Part shown: piece by piece, positions 1-8,370 of the stretch | How the letters are laid out: each line of letters starts with the position of its first letter | Position numbering within the stretch: the stretch's first letter is position 1 | NCBI GenBank assembly: GCA_021767645.1 | Contig: JAASSY010000003.1 | Location: 1 to 39,999, forward strand | DNA: 39,999 nucleotides | Direction: 5' to 3' | Origin: Candidatus Parcubacteria bacterium | GTDB taxonomy: Bacteria > Patescibacteriota > Minisyncoccia > Phycocordibacterales > UBA918 | Program-made: the position numbers and the translations under genes | The notes under the pieces: model-generated | The model's input: the letters and a program-made list of their open reading frames with translations, nothing else | Databases searched by the model: none | What the model was told of the DNA's origin: nothing

Positions 1-73
1 TACCTTGAGTCTTCACGTGATTCCTGGTAGCGTTAGAACATTATCGAGATAATACAGATGACAACAGTAACGT

Positions 74-1180
74 ATGGATTGGTTTAGCACTTCAACCGCT
101 TTGGCACTCGTGCCGACAGTAGCTACAGAACTTCCTTGGCTTGGATACACTGACCTCACACCGGTCGTAACAGCCCTCTTTATTTTTATTGGTCTTAATG
201 CTGCGTTTAAGCTAGTGCAGCTGCTGGTGATTGCTCGGCTCGAAGCCTTATCCCAAAAAACACACACGGATGTAGACGATGTCGTTATTAATGCTCTCAA
301 GGGGATTCGTAACTGGGTTATTACGCTCATTTCGGTGTACATTGCTCTCAAGTTCTTCAGTCTACCGACGTGGGCAACCACTGGTTTTGATGCGGTCGTG
401 TACTTCGCTGTTGCGTGGCAGGCAATTGAATTTGCGCTCCATTTTATTGAGTATGGCGCCACCCGCTTTCTGCACAAGGACGAAGACGGTGACGGGGAAG
501 TGGATCCGAACGCCGCTACTGCAGCTGAGATGGTAAAACTGATCGCACGGATCGTCCTGTGGGCGCTCGGCGGTATCTTCGTCCTCTCTAACTTAGGCAT
601 CGAGGTCACCTCGCTGATCGCTGGTCTGGGTGTTGGTGGTATTGCAGTTGCGTTTGCCCTGCAAGGTGTATTAGGTGACCTGTTTGCCTCATTTTCTATC
701 TATTTTGATAAACCATTTCGGGTCGGTGACTTTATCGTGATTGGTGCTGATGCTGGTACCGTGGAGAAGATAGGTATTAAGTCGACTCGGATCCGCACCC
801 TGCAGGGAGAAGAGTTGGTCGTTTCCAACGCTGAATTGACCACAGCGCGCGTGCAAAACTTCAAGAAAATGGATGAACGCCGTATTGTTTCTCAGTTTGG
901 TGTGACGTACGAAACGCCGCATGACAAGGTGGAAGGCGTTAACGGTATGGTAGAACGAATCTTTAGTACTATCGAAACAGCCCGACTCGATCGAGTGCAC
1001 CTCACCACCTTTGGTGATTCGGCATTACTCTTTGAAGTAGTGTACTACGTCAATTCATCTGACTACACGGTCTATCTCGATGCGCAGCAGCAGTTTAACC
1101 ACGAACTCATGCGTGTCTTTGCCGAAACTGGTATTGAGTTTGCCTACCCGACGCAAACAATATACAACAAGACAGTGTAA
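74..1180 (+). CDS. mscS: Small-conductance mechanosensitive channel (MscS family)
   Basis: N-terminal TM helices, then the MscS signature LIAGLGVGGIAVAFALQ..LGDLFA..DKPFRVGDFI..GTVEKIGIKSTRIRT and C-terminal GIEFAYPTQ. Confidence 0.95.
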   Translation: MDWFSTSTALALVPTVATELPWLGYTDLTPVVTALFIFIGLNAAFKLVQLLVIARLEALSQKTHTDVDDVVINALKGIRNWVITLISVYIALKFFSLPTWATTGFDAVVYFAVAWQAIEFALHFIEYGATRFLHKDEDGDGEVDPNAATAAEMVKLIARIVLWALGGIFVLSNLGIEVTSLIAGLGVGGIAVAFALQGVLGDLFASFSIYFDKPFRVGDFIVIGADAGTVEKIGIKSTRIRTLQGEELVVSNAELTTARVQNFKKMDERRIVSQFGVTYETPHDKVEGVNGMVERIFSTIETARLDRVHLTTFGDSALLFEVVYYVNSSDYTVYLDAQQQFNHELMRVFAETGIEFAYPTQTIYNKTV

Positions 1181-1192
1181 TCTTAATTGTGC

Positions 1193-1229
1193 AATACAAA
1201 AACGACCGCCAAGCGGTCGTTTTTGTATT
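1193..1229. terminator. Bidirectional intrinsic terminator
   Basis: Perfect inverted repeat AATACAAAAACGACCGC-CAA-GCGGTCGTTTTTGTATT between convergent genes. Confidence 0.9.
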
Positions 1230-1254
1230 ATTAGGTGATTAAATAACTACCGAG

Positions 1255-2364
1255 CTACTCAACACCTGCGTCTTGCAGTACGTTTTGTAAGAACGGCACA
1301 ATCAGGTCACGAAACAGCTGTGAACGTAGTGCGACATCACCACGCACGTAGCTATCTAAGTCACGACCACTCTCAGCAGTAATGGTACGATCAATATATG
1401 ATAACGTGAGTGCGCGCAGGCTGCCGCTGCCAAACATATCGGCATTACCTAAGGTACTAATCATACCTAGTGCTCGACCCGCAGGATCAGTTACTGGACT
1501 GCCAGAAACTCCTTGCTCGCCCAGCGGTATGCCAGAAAGACTAAATACATCGGCAACGTTGGCACCGAACGTCATCATTTCGGTGACACGAGTATCAGCT
1601 GATTCTAAGGTGAGTGGTGCGGTAATACTATCGTTGGCAAACACAGTCGCTGCTGGGTAACCAGTCACGCGTACCGGACGACCAATAGCATCAATCGATA
1701 GCAGTTCAGTGTATATATCAAGATACGGGAAACGGGCTGGGGCTGGTTCGTTGTTTAGGCCGTTGCTGATGTAGAGGAGCGCAAAATCACGTTCACCCGT
1801 GCCTTTCGGTTGTGTTTGGGCCAATTCATCGGCGTGTTCGATAATCCAAGCAATCGAAATGTACAGTAGTTCGACTTCGTAGGTTGGTTCTGCTGGATTA
1901 CCAGTCCGTACAATACAATTCCCGTTACCACGAACTTCTTCCAGGATGAGTCCTTGGGCAACATGTGCATTAGTAAGGATGACACCTTGTTCATGGATGA
2001 TAAAACCCGTACCAGTCATGGCGTGGCGCATGTCTCCTGTTTCGTAGGTGCAGTAGAGATTGACGACTGCGTCAGCTGGGTTGGCGGCAGGATCGGTCTG
2101 TTGGGGCTGCGGGACTCCATCAATCACCGTGGCAGTTTGCGGTGGGGCTGTATCGATGAGGATTTGCGGTAGATCACGCTGGTAGCGCGATTCTACGTAC
2201 TGAAGTTGCGGCGCAGTGCCAGCGGTCGGTGCTTCCGTACTCGCTACCTGCGGAGCTGTATCAGCCTCAGGAAGCAGGGATTCAATCTGTGCTGCTAGTT
2301 GGCCAGTGACAGCCAAGTAGGCTTCTAGGATGGCAACCAGGGTGTTTGTAAGTACATTGAGCAT
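1255..2364 (-). CDS. Trypsin-like (S1) serine protease
   Basis: Catalytic triad motifs LTNAHVA, RDFALL and GVSGSPV, with GTGFII upstream; no PDZ domain. Confidence 0.85.
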   Translation of the reverse strand: MLNVLTNTLVAILEAYLAVTGQLAAQIESLLPEADTAPQVASTEAPTAGTAPQLQYVESRYQRDLPQILIDTAPPQTATVIDGVPQPQQTDPAANPADAVVNLYCTYETGDMRHAMTGTGFIIHEQGVILTNAHVAQGLILEEVRGNGNCIVRTGNPAEPTYEVELLYISIAWIIEHADELAQTQPKGTGERDFALLYISNGLNNEPAPARFPYLDIYTELLSIDAIGRPVRVTGYPAATVFANDSITAPLTLESADTRVTEMMTFGANVADVFSLSGIPLGEQGVSGSPVTDPAGRALGMISTLGNADMFGSGSLRALTLSYIDRTITAESGRDLDSYVRGDVALRSQLFRDLIVPFLQNVLQDAGVE

Positions 2365-2469
2365 GTGTAGCCTAGTATAGCAGGCAGTGTATAGGGACAG
2401 GTTCTGCTGGCTGGAAAAAGCTCGTAGTAAGTGGTAAACTGGTGCACGCTACAGGGAAGTCACGTAATC

Positions 2470-2540
2470 GCGGGTGTAGTTTAGTGGTAAAACATCTGCC
2501 TTCCAAGCAGAGGTCGGGGGTTCGATTCCTCTCACCCGCA
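2470..2540 (+). tRNA. tRNA-Gly (anticodon TCC), CCA not encoded
   Basis: Acceptor GCGGGTG/CACCCGC, D-arm with TAGTGGTAA, anticodon arm TCTGC-CTTCCAA-GCAGA, T-loop GTTCGATTC. Confidence 0.97.
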
Positions 2541-2780
2541 CACATATGTTTCCGAACAAGCCCTTGGGGGCTTTTTCGTTTGAAACATAGTGTACGGGTG
2601 AAGTACGTGCCCAATGGCACGTACGTGAGGAATCGAAAGACGGAGTCGGTATACAAGACGAGCGGTCGCCGTTTTTTTAGGGTTTGTGTATGAGGTCATT
2701 ACCGCCAAACCTAGGCCGTTTGGTGGGTTTCGTATCACAAACAGAAAAGCCCCCGGCTGAGGGGCTCTCCTGTTTGTGAT
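2541..2780 (+). other. Highly structured tRNA trailer containing an inverted copy of the tRNA 3' end plus further hairpins
   Basis: 2590-2601 and 2627-2637 are reverse complements of 2532-2543 and 2521-2531; hairpins at 2553-2578, 2603-2624 and 2734-2780. Confidence 0.7.
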
Positions 2781-2891
2781 GGGAAATAGCGTGAGAATAC
2801 TACTCTTTGTATTTCCACATAGCGTAATACCTCCGCTACAGGTAAATTATAGCATACCTTTCACTCCGGGTTGGGTTGCTGTGTATAACTA

Positions 2892-2918
2892 AAGGCCGCG
2901 AGCTCTGCTCGCGGCCTT
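2892..2918 (-). terminator. Terminator of the HU gene
   Basis: AAGGCCGCGAGC-TCT-GCTCGCGGCCTT hairpin just after the HU stop. Confidence 0.8.
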
Positions 2919-2935
2919 ATAAGCGTGTGGAGAAC

Positions 2936-3208
2936 CTATTTTACAGCGTCCTTCAGAGCTTTAGCAGCTCGGAATTTCGGTACGCGCATAGCTGGTACTT
3001 CAATTGCTTCACCCGTGCGAGGGTTGCGGGCAGTGCGAGCGTTACGCATTTTTGCCGAGAAGATACCGAGGCCAGCGATCGATACCTCATCGCCACTTTT
3101 GAGTGTCGATACAAGATTGTCAACGAAGACGTCCATCATACGCTCAGCGTCAGCTTTGGTAACACCGAGTTCTTCGTGGATCTTGTTGATGATGTCAGCT
3201 TTGTTCAT
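2936..3208 (-). CDS. hup: DNA-binding protein HU
   Basis: 90 aa; MNKADII start, GLGIF, ARNPRTGE arm, VPKFRA..LKDAV. Confidence 0.95.
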   Translation of the reverse strand: MNKADIINKIHEELGVTKADAERMMDVFVDNLVSTLKSGDEVSIAGLGIFSAKMRNARTARNPRTGEAIEVPAMRVPKFRAAKALKDAVK

Positions 3209-3373
3209 AGATTCTGAATTTTAGTTTGGGTAAAGTGTCAGTGTAATGACACGTGCCGTAAAAATGGCTTAAAAACATTATATATGAGGAGTTCGGGTCT
3301 GCAACGTCTTGTCGGGCAGTTATTCTATGGTCTAGTTTGAGTGGCTTGGTACGGTATGCTACGATGCCTCGGT

Positions 3374-3949
3374 ATGCAAACTGAAGTGAAAATTGGAGTG
3401 ATGGGAGCTAAGGGAAGTTTCTCAGAAAAAGCCGCCGAAGAATACATTAAAGAACAGAGTATATCGAGCGCTGCGATTGTGCCGTTAGTGAGTGCGGAGT
3501 CAGTTCTTGCCTCACTCGCCACAGGAGATATTGATTTGGGTATTTTTCCAATTGAGAACAGCAACGGGGGAATTGTACTTGAGGCTGTGCACGCTATGGC
3601 AGCCCACACGTTCAACATCAAGCAATTGTTTGAGATCGATGTGCACCACATGTTACTAGTCCAGCCCGGAGTGACGTCATCACACATCACTGCTATTTCA
3701 TCGCACGACCAAGCCCTCAAGCAATGTCGGATGTATCTCAAACGGATTTGGCCTGATGCTGATATTGAGCCGTACGCTGACACGGCTAAAGCGGCCGAAG
3801 ACTTGAGCATAGGGACACTGCCAGATACTACCGCAGTGATTGCACCGCGCCGCTGTGCTGAGATGTATGGTTTGGAGATACTCGAGGAGTCCATTCAAGA
3901 CTTGAAGTTTAACTACACGACATTTGTAGTGGCAACTGCTCAGAAGTAA
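3374..3949 (+). CDS. Prephenate dehydratase-like protein (catalytic domain only, no ACT domain)
   Basis: G.KGSFSE.AA, PIENSNGG.V, SH.QAL.QC, DTAKAA, IQD..NYTTF; start placed at ATG 3374, after TACGAT. Confidence 0.85.
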   Translation: MQTEVKIGVMGAKGSFSEKAAEEYIKEQSISSAAIVPLVSAESVLASLATGDIDLGIFPIENSNGGIVLEAVHAMAAHTFNIKQLFEIDVHHMLLVQPGVTSSHITAISSHDQALKQCRMYLKRIWPDADIEPYADTAKAAEDLSIGTLPDTTAVIAPRRCAEMYGLEILEESIQDLKFNYTTFVVATAQK

Positions 3950-3978
3950 AAACTACCGCCGTGTGAGGCGGTAGTTTT
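3949..3978. terminator. Bidirectional intrinsic terminator
   Basis: AAAACTACCGCC-GTGTGA-GGCGGTAGTTTT between convergent genes. Confidence 0.9.
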
Positions 3979-3995
3979 GTAGAAGAGCAGTATGA

Positions 3996-5519
3996 TTAGC
4001 GGGCGTAACTAACTACTCGAGTCTCTCGGATAACGTGAACTTTAATTTCACCAGGGTAACGCAACTGCGCCTCGATGTTCATGGCGATGGTGCGAGCGAG
4101 CTGGTTAGCTTGCAGGTCTGAGAGCTCGTCTGGATTGACCATAACTCGAATCTCACGACCGGCCGAAATAGCAAAGGCGCGCTGCACCCCGGCAATTTCT
4201 CGGGCAATTGATTCTAGTTCCGTTAAGCGCTTTATGTAGTTTTCAATTGAGTCTCGTCGCGCCCCTGGTCGCGCCCCTGACAGTGCGTCGGCGATTTGTA
4301 CGATAATTGCTTCGGGCGTTTCGTACGGATACTCTTCATGGTGGGCGCGCATGGCGAGGATGACTGCTTCGTCAACGTTGTATTTCTGGAGGATACGGAT
4401 ACCAATCTCGACGTGTGTACCAGGCACCTCATGACTGACTGTCTTGCCGATGTCATGGAGGAGTGCACCAGCCCGTGCCACCGCTGGATCAGCTCCAATT
4501 TCTTCCGCGATAATGCCAGCCATGTGGGCCATCTCAACCGAGTGCGCCAAGACGTTTTGGCCGTAGCTCGTGCGGAAGTACAAGCGACCGAGGATAGTCA
4601 TCAGCTCGGGGTGGAGGTTGGATACACCCGTATCAAAAGCAGCCTTTTCACCCATCTTGCGGACAGTAGTAGCTACTTCTTTGCGAGCTTGTTCGACTGT
4701 TTCTTCTATGCGGGCTGGCTGGATACGACCGTCTTTCATGAGTGTTTCCATAGCTACCCGGGCAATTTCTCGCCGGATTGGATCAAATGAAGAGAGGGTA
4801 ATATAGCCTGGGGTTTCGTCAACCAGTACATCGACACCGGTAATCCGCTCAAACGCTCGTACATTACGCCCTTCTTTACCAATAATTTTTCCTTTGATGT
4901 CTTCGTCGGGAAGTTCGATGTTGGCGGTCATGAAGTGGGTTGGCATCGTGTTGCCGACCCGGTGCATAGCTGCCAAGAGGACGTTCCGAGCTTTGTCTTC
5001 AAAGTGTTCGTCACTGAGAAGAGCTAGTTTATGTAAGCGGTTTTCAAGGTCACACTGGTGCTCAACTTCAAGCTTGGTGTAGAGCTCGTTGAGCGCTTCT
5101 TCTTTGGACAGGCCAGCTATCCGCTCGAGAGCGGCTGTTTGCTCTGCTTGACGTTCATCGAGGCGCGCTTTAATAGCTTTGACTTCGTCAATTTTAGTCC
5201 GCACAGCTTCTTTTTCTGAGTCGAGAGTGATCTGCCGCTCATCGAGCAACTCCTCTTTTTTCTCTAAGCGGTCTTCTTTATGTTTTAGTTTATCTTCGGC
5301 GGCGGTACGGTCAGCTTTAGCCTGCGTAACGAGCTCTTCAGCCTTCGTTTCAGCCTTTTCAACAATATGTAGAGCTCTTTCCTCGGCTTTTAACTGCTGT
5401 TCTTTCAGCTCAAGTTCAAGAGAGTTTTTCTGTGAGAGGGCGTGGAGGTAGCGAAGTGCGTATCCCGCGCCGGTGCCTACTGCCAAACTCGCTGCCGCTA
5501 TCAGGAGAGGGTCTGTCAT
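3996..5519 (-). CDS. rny: Ribonuclease Y
   Basis: N-terminal TM, coiled coil, KH domain (KGKIIGKEGRNVR), HD domain (RTSYGQNVLAHS, LLHDIGK), SGARPGARR, AGREIRV. Confidence 0.97.
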   Translation of the reverse strand: MTDPLLIAAASLAVGTGAGYALRYLHALSQKNSLELELKEQQLKAEERALHIVEKAETKAEELVTQAKADRTAAEDKLKHKEDRLEKKEELLDERQITLDSEKEAVRTKIDEVKAIKARLDERQAEQTAALERIAGLSKEEALNELYTKLEVEHQCDLENRLHKLALLSDEHFEDKARNVLLAAMHRVGNTMPTHFMTANIELPDEDIKGKIIGKEGRNVRAFERITGVDVLVDETPGYITLSSFDPIRREIARVAMETLMKDGRIQPARIEETVEQARKEVATTVRKMGEKAAFDTGVSNLHPELMTILGRLYFRTSYGQNVLAHSVEMAHMAGIIAEEIGADPAVARAGALLHDIGKTVSHEVPGTHVEIGIRILQKYNVDEAVILAMRAHHEEYPYETPEAIIVQIADALSGARPGARRDSIENYIKRLTELESIAREIAGVQRAFAISAGREIRVMVNPDELSDLQANQLARTIAMNIEAQLRYPGEIKVHVIRETRVVSYAR

Positions 5520-5612
5520 ACAAACGAGTATTAATGAATAAGCCAGTCAGTCGTGGACGGTCATGCAGTGTGGTTCTACCATAGCAAAACGAGCTTCGAA
5601 AGTCGATAACCA

Positions 5613-5648
5613 ACAAGCCAACAGCGACCGAGGCCGCTGTTGGCTTGT
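5613..5648 (-). terminator. Hairpin downstream of clpP
   Basis: ACAAGCCAACAGCG...CGCTGTTGGCTTGT 14-bp stem. Confidence 0.7.
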
Positions 5649-5659
5649 AGTGAGTGTGA

Positions 5660-6259
5660 TTATTTAAGAATGGTATCAACGATGCCGTACTCCTTAGACT
5701 CTTCGGCACTCATGAAGAAGTCACGGTCGGTATCTTTCTCAATTTTGGCTAGTTTCTGACCAGTGGCTTTAGCGAGCATTTTGTTGAGACTATCGCGTGT
5801 CTTCAATATGTGTTTGGCGGTAATCTCAATGTCACTGGCTTGTCCTTGGGCTCCGCCCCACGGCTGGTGGATCATCACTTCGGCGTTCGGGAGGATGGAG
5901 CGTTTATCCTTCGCTCCTTGCGAGAGAATGATCGAGCCCATTGAAGCTGCCATACCAGTGCAGACGGTGGCTACGTCTGGTTTGATGTGGTTCATGGTGT
6001 CGACAATCGACAGTCCGGCGGTCACGCTACCACCCGGTGAGTTCACGTAGAGTTGGATGTCTTTCTTTGGATCTTCCGCCTCTAGGAAGAGAAGCTGTGC
6101 CACGACAAGGTTGGCCATGTGGTCTTCAATACCGCCGGTGACGAAAACAATGCGCTCCTTAAGGAGGCGCGAGTAGATGTCAAAGGCTCGCTCACCACCA
6201 TGGGTCTTTTCTACCACCATCGGTACGAGCTGCGCTTGTTCGATTTCAGTGTGTTTCAT
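5660..6259 (-). CDS. clpP: ATP-dependent Clp protease proteolytic subunit
   Basis: [28 protein letters not shown] (catalytic Ser), [13 protein letters not shown]. Confidence 0.98.
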   Translation of the reverse strand: MKHTEIEQAQLVPMVVEKTHGGERAFDIYSRLLKERIVFVTGGIEDHMANLVVAQLLFLEAEDPKKDIQLYVNSPGGSVTAGLSIVDTMNHIKPDVATVCTGMAASMGSIILSQGAKDKRSILPNAEVMIHQPWGGAQGQASDIEITAKHILKTRDSLNKMLAKATGQKLAKIEKDTDRDFFMSAEESKEYGIVDTILK

Positions 6260-6331
6260 ATCCAGTTTAGCTTAGTGTTGCGTCAGTCAGATCGGTCACG
6301 GCAACTAGTGCATCGTAGCAAACTTAGGTCG

Positions 6332-6367
6332 AAAAAGAAAATGACCCACCCCATAAGGGATGGGTCA
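6332..6367 (-). terminator. Terminator after the 38-aa orphan ORF
   Basis: TGACCCA..TGGGTCA stem followed on the minus strand by TTTTCTTTTT. Confidence 0.75.
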
Positions 6368-6387
6368 GATGGTTTGTGGCCTCGGTG

Positions 6388-6504
6388 TTAGATGATATCT
6401 TCAACGCCCACCATGTCACCTTCTGGTCCGGCCGGTACGATAATGTCGTTACCGGGCTTATGGGGCTCAGTGCCGGTGCCAGGCTTGCTAACAGGTTTGG
6501 TCAT
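6388..6504 (-). CDS. Small orphan protein, 38 aa (MTKPVSKPGTGTEPHKPGNDIIVPAGPEGDMVGVEDII), not in the ORF track
   Basis: SD AAAGGAG upstream, promoter TTGATA-N17-TATAGT (6536-6564), terminator downstream. Confidence 0.65.
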   Translation of the reverse strand: MTKPVSKPGTGTEPHKPGNDIIVPAGPEGDMVGVEDII

Positions 6505-6569
6505 GCCTCACTCCTTTCTAATGCCAAGCAATTAAACTATAGCTGAAATGACAGATAGTATCAATCGTT

Positions 6570-6770
6570 TTAGCAGTCTTGGCTGACAGCGTAGAGTAGG
6601 TAACTTAGATTCGATATCGATGCGGTCAAAAACACAGCCCACATGACATTGAACACACCACGTTCAAACCGGTTACCATATGGTCGCAAGTCTGGTTCAA
6701 AAGCAGTGATCATAATGAACATGGTGATGGTGAACAGTAGTAGTGGCACAAGAAATGGCACATATTCCAT
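6570..6770 (-). CDS. Small two-TM membrane protein, 66 aa
   Basis: Two hydrophobic segments; SD GAGGAGG and extended -10 TGcTATACT ahead of ATG 6770. Confidence 0.65.
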   Translation of the reverse strand: MEYVPFLVPLLLFTITMFIMITAFEPDLRPYGNRFERGVFNVMWAVFLTASISNLSYLLYAVSQDC

Positions 6771-6819
6771 AGACCCCTCCTCTTTTCTAGTAGCAGTATA
6801 GCAAACATAGATGCGTGCT

Positions 6820-7074
6820 AAACAAAAGACCAACCACATTGGTCAGTCTTCTGTCGGGTTCCTCACCTAGCTCTAGGGATGAGCTAGGTTTACGGAACGG
6901 ACTACAAGTAATGAATAACGACTTTGTACTCTAGTTTATATGTATGGTTCCTCAGAAATTTCTAGGAGGGAAATTTCTTCACGGAACGGCCCAAAACAAA
7001 AGACCAACCACATTGGTCAGTCTTCTGTCGGGTTCCTCACCTAGCTCTAGGGATGAGCTAGGTTCACGGAACGG
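6820..7074. repeat. 81-bp direct repeat (6820-6900, 6994-7074; 1 mismatch) enclosing three 44-nt hairpin units (6857-6900, 6946-6989, 7031-7074)
   Basis: Direct alignment of the copies; unit = GGTTCCTCA-[8-bp stem, 7-nt loop]-TTYACGGAACGG. Confidence 0.92.
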
Positions 7075-7099
7075 CCTAAAAATATAGTCGCTACGCTCG

Positions 7100-8281
7100 T
7101 TATTTTTGGGCCTCAAGCATTTTCATGACGGCTTCGTTCTGCATGACGCTCGCGACGTACACTTGGACGCGCGCCTTGTCAGCATCCTGATACTGCTCCA
7201 TCAGCTGGTTGACTTGCTCATCGAGCTCTTTCTCGTCTGGTGTAATGTCTTCGGCTTTGGCAATTTCATTAAGAACAAGCTGTAGCTTGGCGCGCTTTTC
7301 AGCGGCGGGTGTCCACTCTTTGATCAGGTCCTCTTTCGTCTTCTTGATGTGGCTGAGGTAGTCGTCCATCTTCAGGTTGTTTCGCTTGAGATCTTCCTCC
7401 ATTTGCGCGAACATTTGGTTCATCTCAGAGTCGATGAGAATTTGCGGTACGACTATCTCGGTCGCCTCGATAATTTGATCGGTGATCGTGCCACGGTGAG
7501 CAGCAGTGGCTTCACGCTCTTTCTCCAGTTCGAGGTGCTCACGGATTTTGGCTTTGAAGTCTGCAACATCTGCAAACTGGCCTGGTTGTCCAAGCTCCTT
7601 AACGTAATCGTCGGTTAGTTCCGGAAGGGGGGCTGTTTCTGGATCGAAAGCCTCCTCCGCTTCGGCGGCTTGTTTCTTGGCCTCACTTTCTGGGGTGGGG
7701 AGTTCGGTAGCGTCAGTTGTTTCATTAGCTTTACTGTCAGATTCATCCGTTGATGCAGCTGCTTTAGCTTGCAAGCGGTCGTACGCTAGCTTGCGACGCA
7801 TGATGTCTTCAATTTGTTTATCGACGTCTTCGTCGGTTACCTCGGTTGATGCTTTCTGTTCATTCGCTCCTTTCGCCAACGCTTTGTAGTCTGGGAGCGT
7901 GACCTCAGGCATGACCGCAACCGTCAAACTAAACGCAAAGGGGTTGTCTTTGGCGAGCTTGGTGATTTGTACTTGGGGGTGACCGATCACATCGAGTTCG
8001 TGTGCGGCCACAATATGTGCGTAGTGATGAGCCAGGGCTCGTTCGGCCATCTCTGTCAATAGCGCGCTTTCGCCGATGTGTTTCTCCAGTACGTCAGCTG
8101 GTACGTGCCCCTTACGGAAGCCATCGAGTTCGACGTTTTCACCTAGTTTCTTGAGAGCTGCTTCACGTTCCTTCGCCACTTCTTCATACGGCAGTTCACC
8201 CGTGATGGTTACCTGCGATTGCTCTTGTGGTTCCACAGTGAACGCTGTTTTGTAATCAATATTGTGTGTGTGTTCAGACAT
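7100..8281 (-). CDS. tig: Trigger factor lacking a recognisable PPIase domain
   Basis: Ribosome-binding motif DGFRKGHVP; LPELTDDYVK and C-terminal chaperone domain; located upstream of clpP. Confidence 0.93.
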   Translation of the reverse strand: MSEHTHNIDYKTAFTVEPQEQSQVTITGELPYEEVAKEREAALKKLGENVELDGFRKGHVPADVLEKHIGESALLTEMAERALAHHYAHIVAAHELDVIGHPQVQITKLAKDNPFAFSLTVAVMPEVTLPDYKALAKGANEQKASTEVTDEDVDKQIEDIMRRKLAYDRLQAKAAASTDESDSKANETTDATELPTPESEAKKQAAEAEEAFDPETAPLPELTDDYVKELGQPGQFADVADFKAKIREHLELEKEREATAAHRGTITDQIIEATEIVVPQILIDSEMNQMFAQMEEDLKRNNLKMDDYLSHIKKTKEDLIKEWTPAAEKRAKLQLVLNEIAKAEDITPDEKELDEQVNQLMEQYQDADKARVQVYVASVMQNEAVMKMLEAQK

Positions 8282-8324
8282 AGTGCCCCGTAGTGTACGT
8301 ATCTCGATTAAAAATGCAAACAAT

Positions 8325-8355
8325 AACACCGCACGTGTCTGACACGCGCGGTGTT
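8325..8355 (-). terminator. Hairpin/terminator
   Basis: AACACCGCACGTGT..ACACGCGCGGTGTT downstream of the 8371-8769 gene. Confidence 0.65.
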
Positions 8356-8370
8356 TTGCCTACTACCACT

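Noticed and set aside
2372-2738. ORFs 2372-2656, 2442-2693 and 2532-2738
   Set aside because: They overlap the tRNA and its hairpin trailer and show no protein-like features.
2470-2935. Prophage or island integrated at tRNA-Gly
   Set aside because: No integrase, and I noticed no direct repeat of the tRNA 3' end; the only copy found is inverted.
6820-7074. CRISPR array
   Set aside because: The variable part lies inside the repeat as a hairpin, one 'spacer' is duplicated and is itself a terminator-like stem, and no cas genes are in the window.
6857-7074. Integron attC sites or SECIS elements
   Set aside because: The GTT...AAC order is opposite to attC (RYYYAAC...GTTRRRY) and no integrase is present; there is no in-frame TGA gene nearby to need a SECIS.
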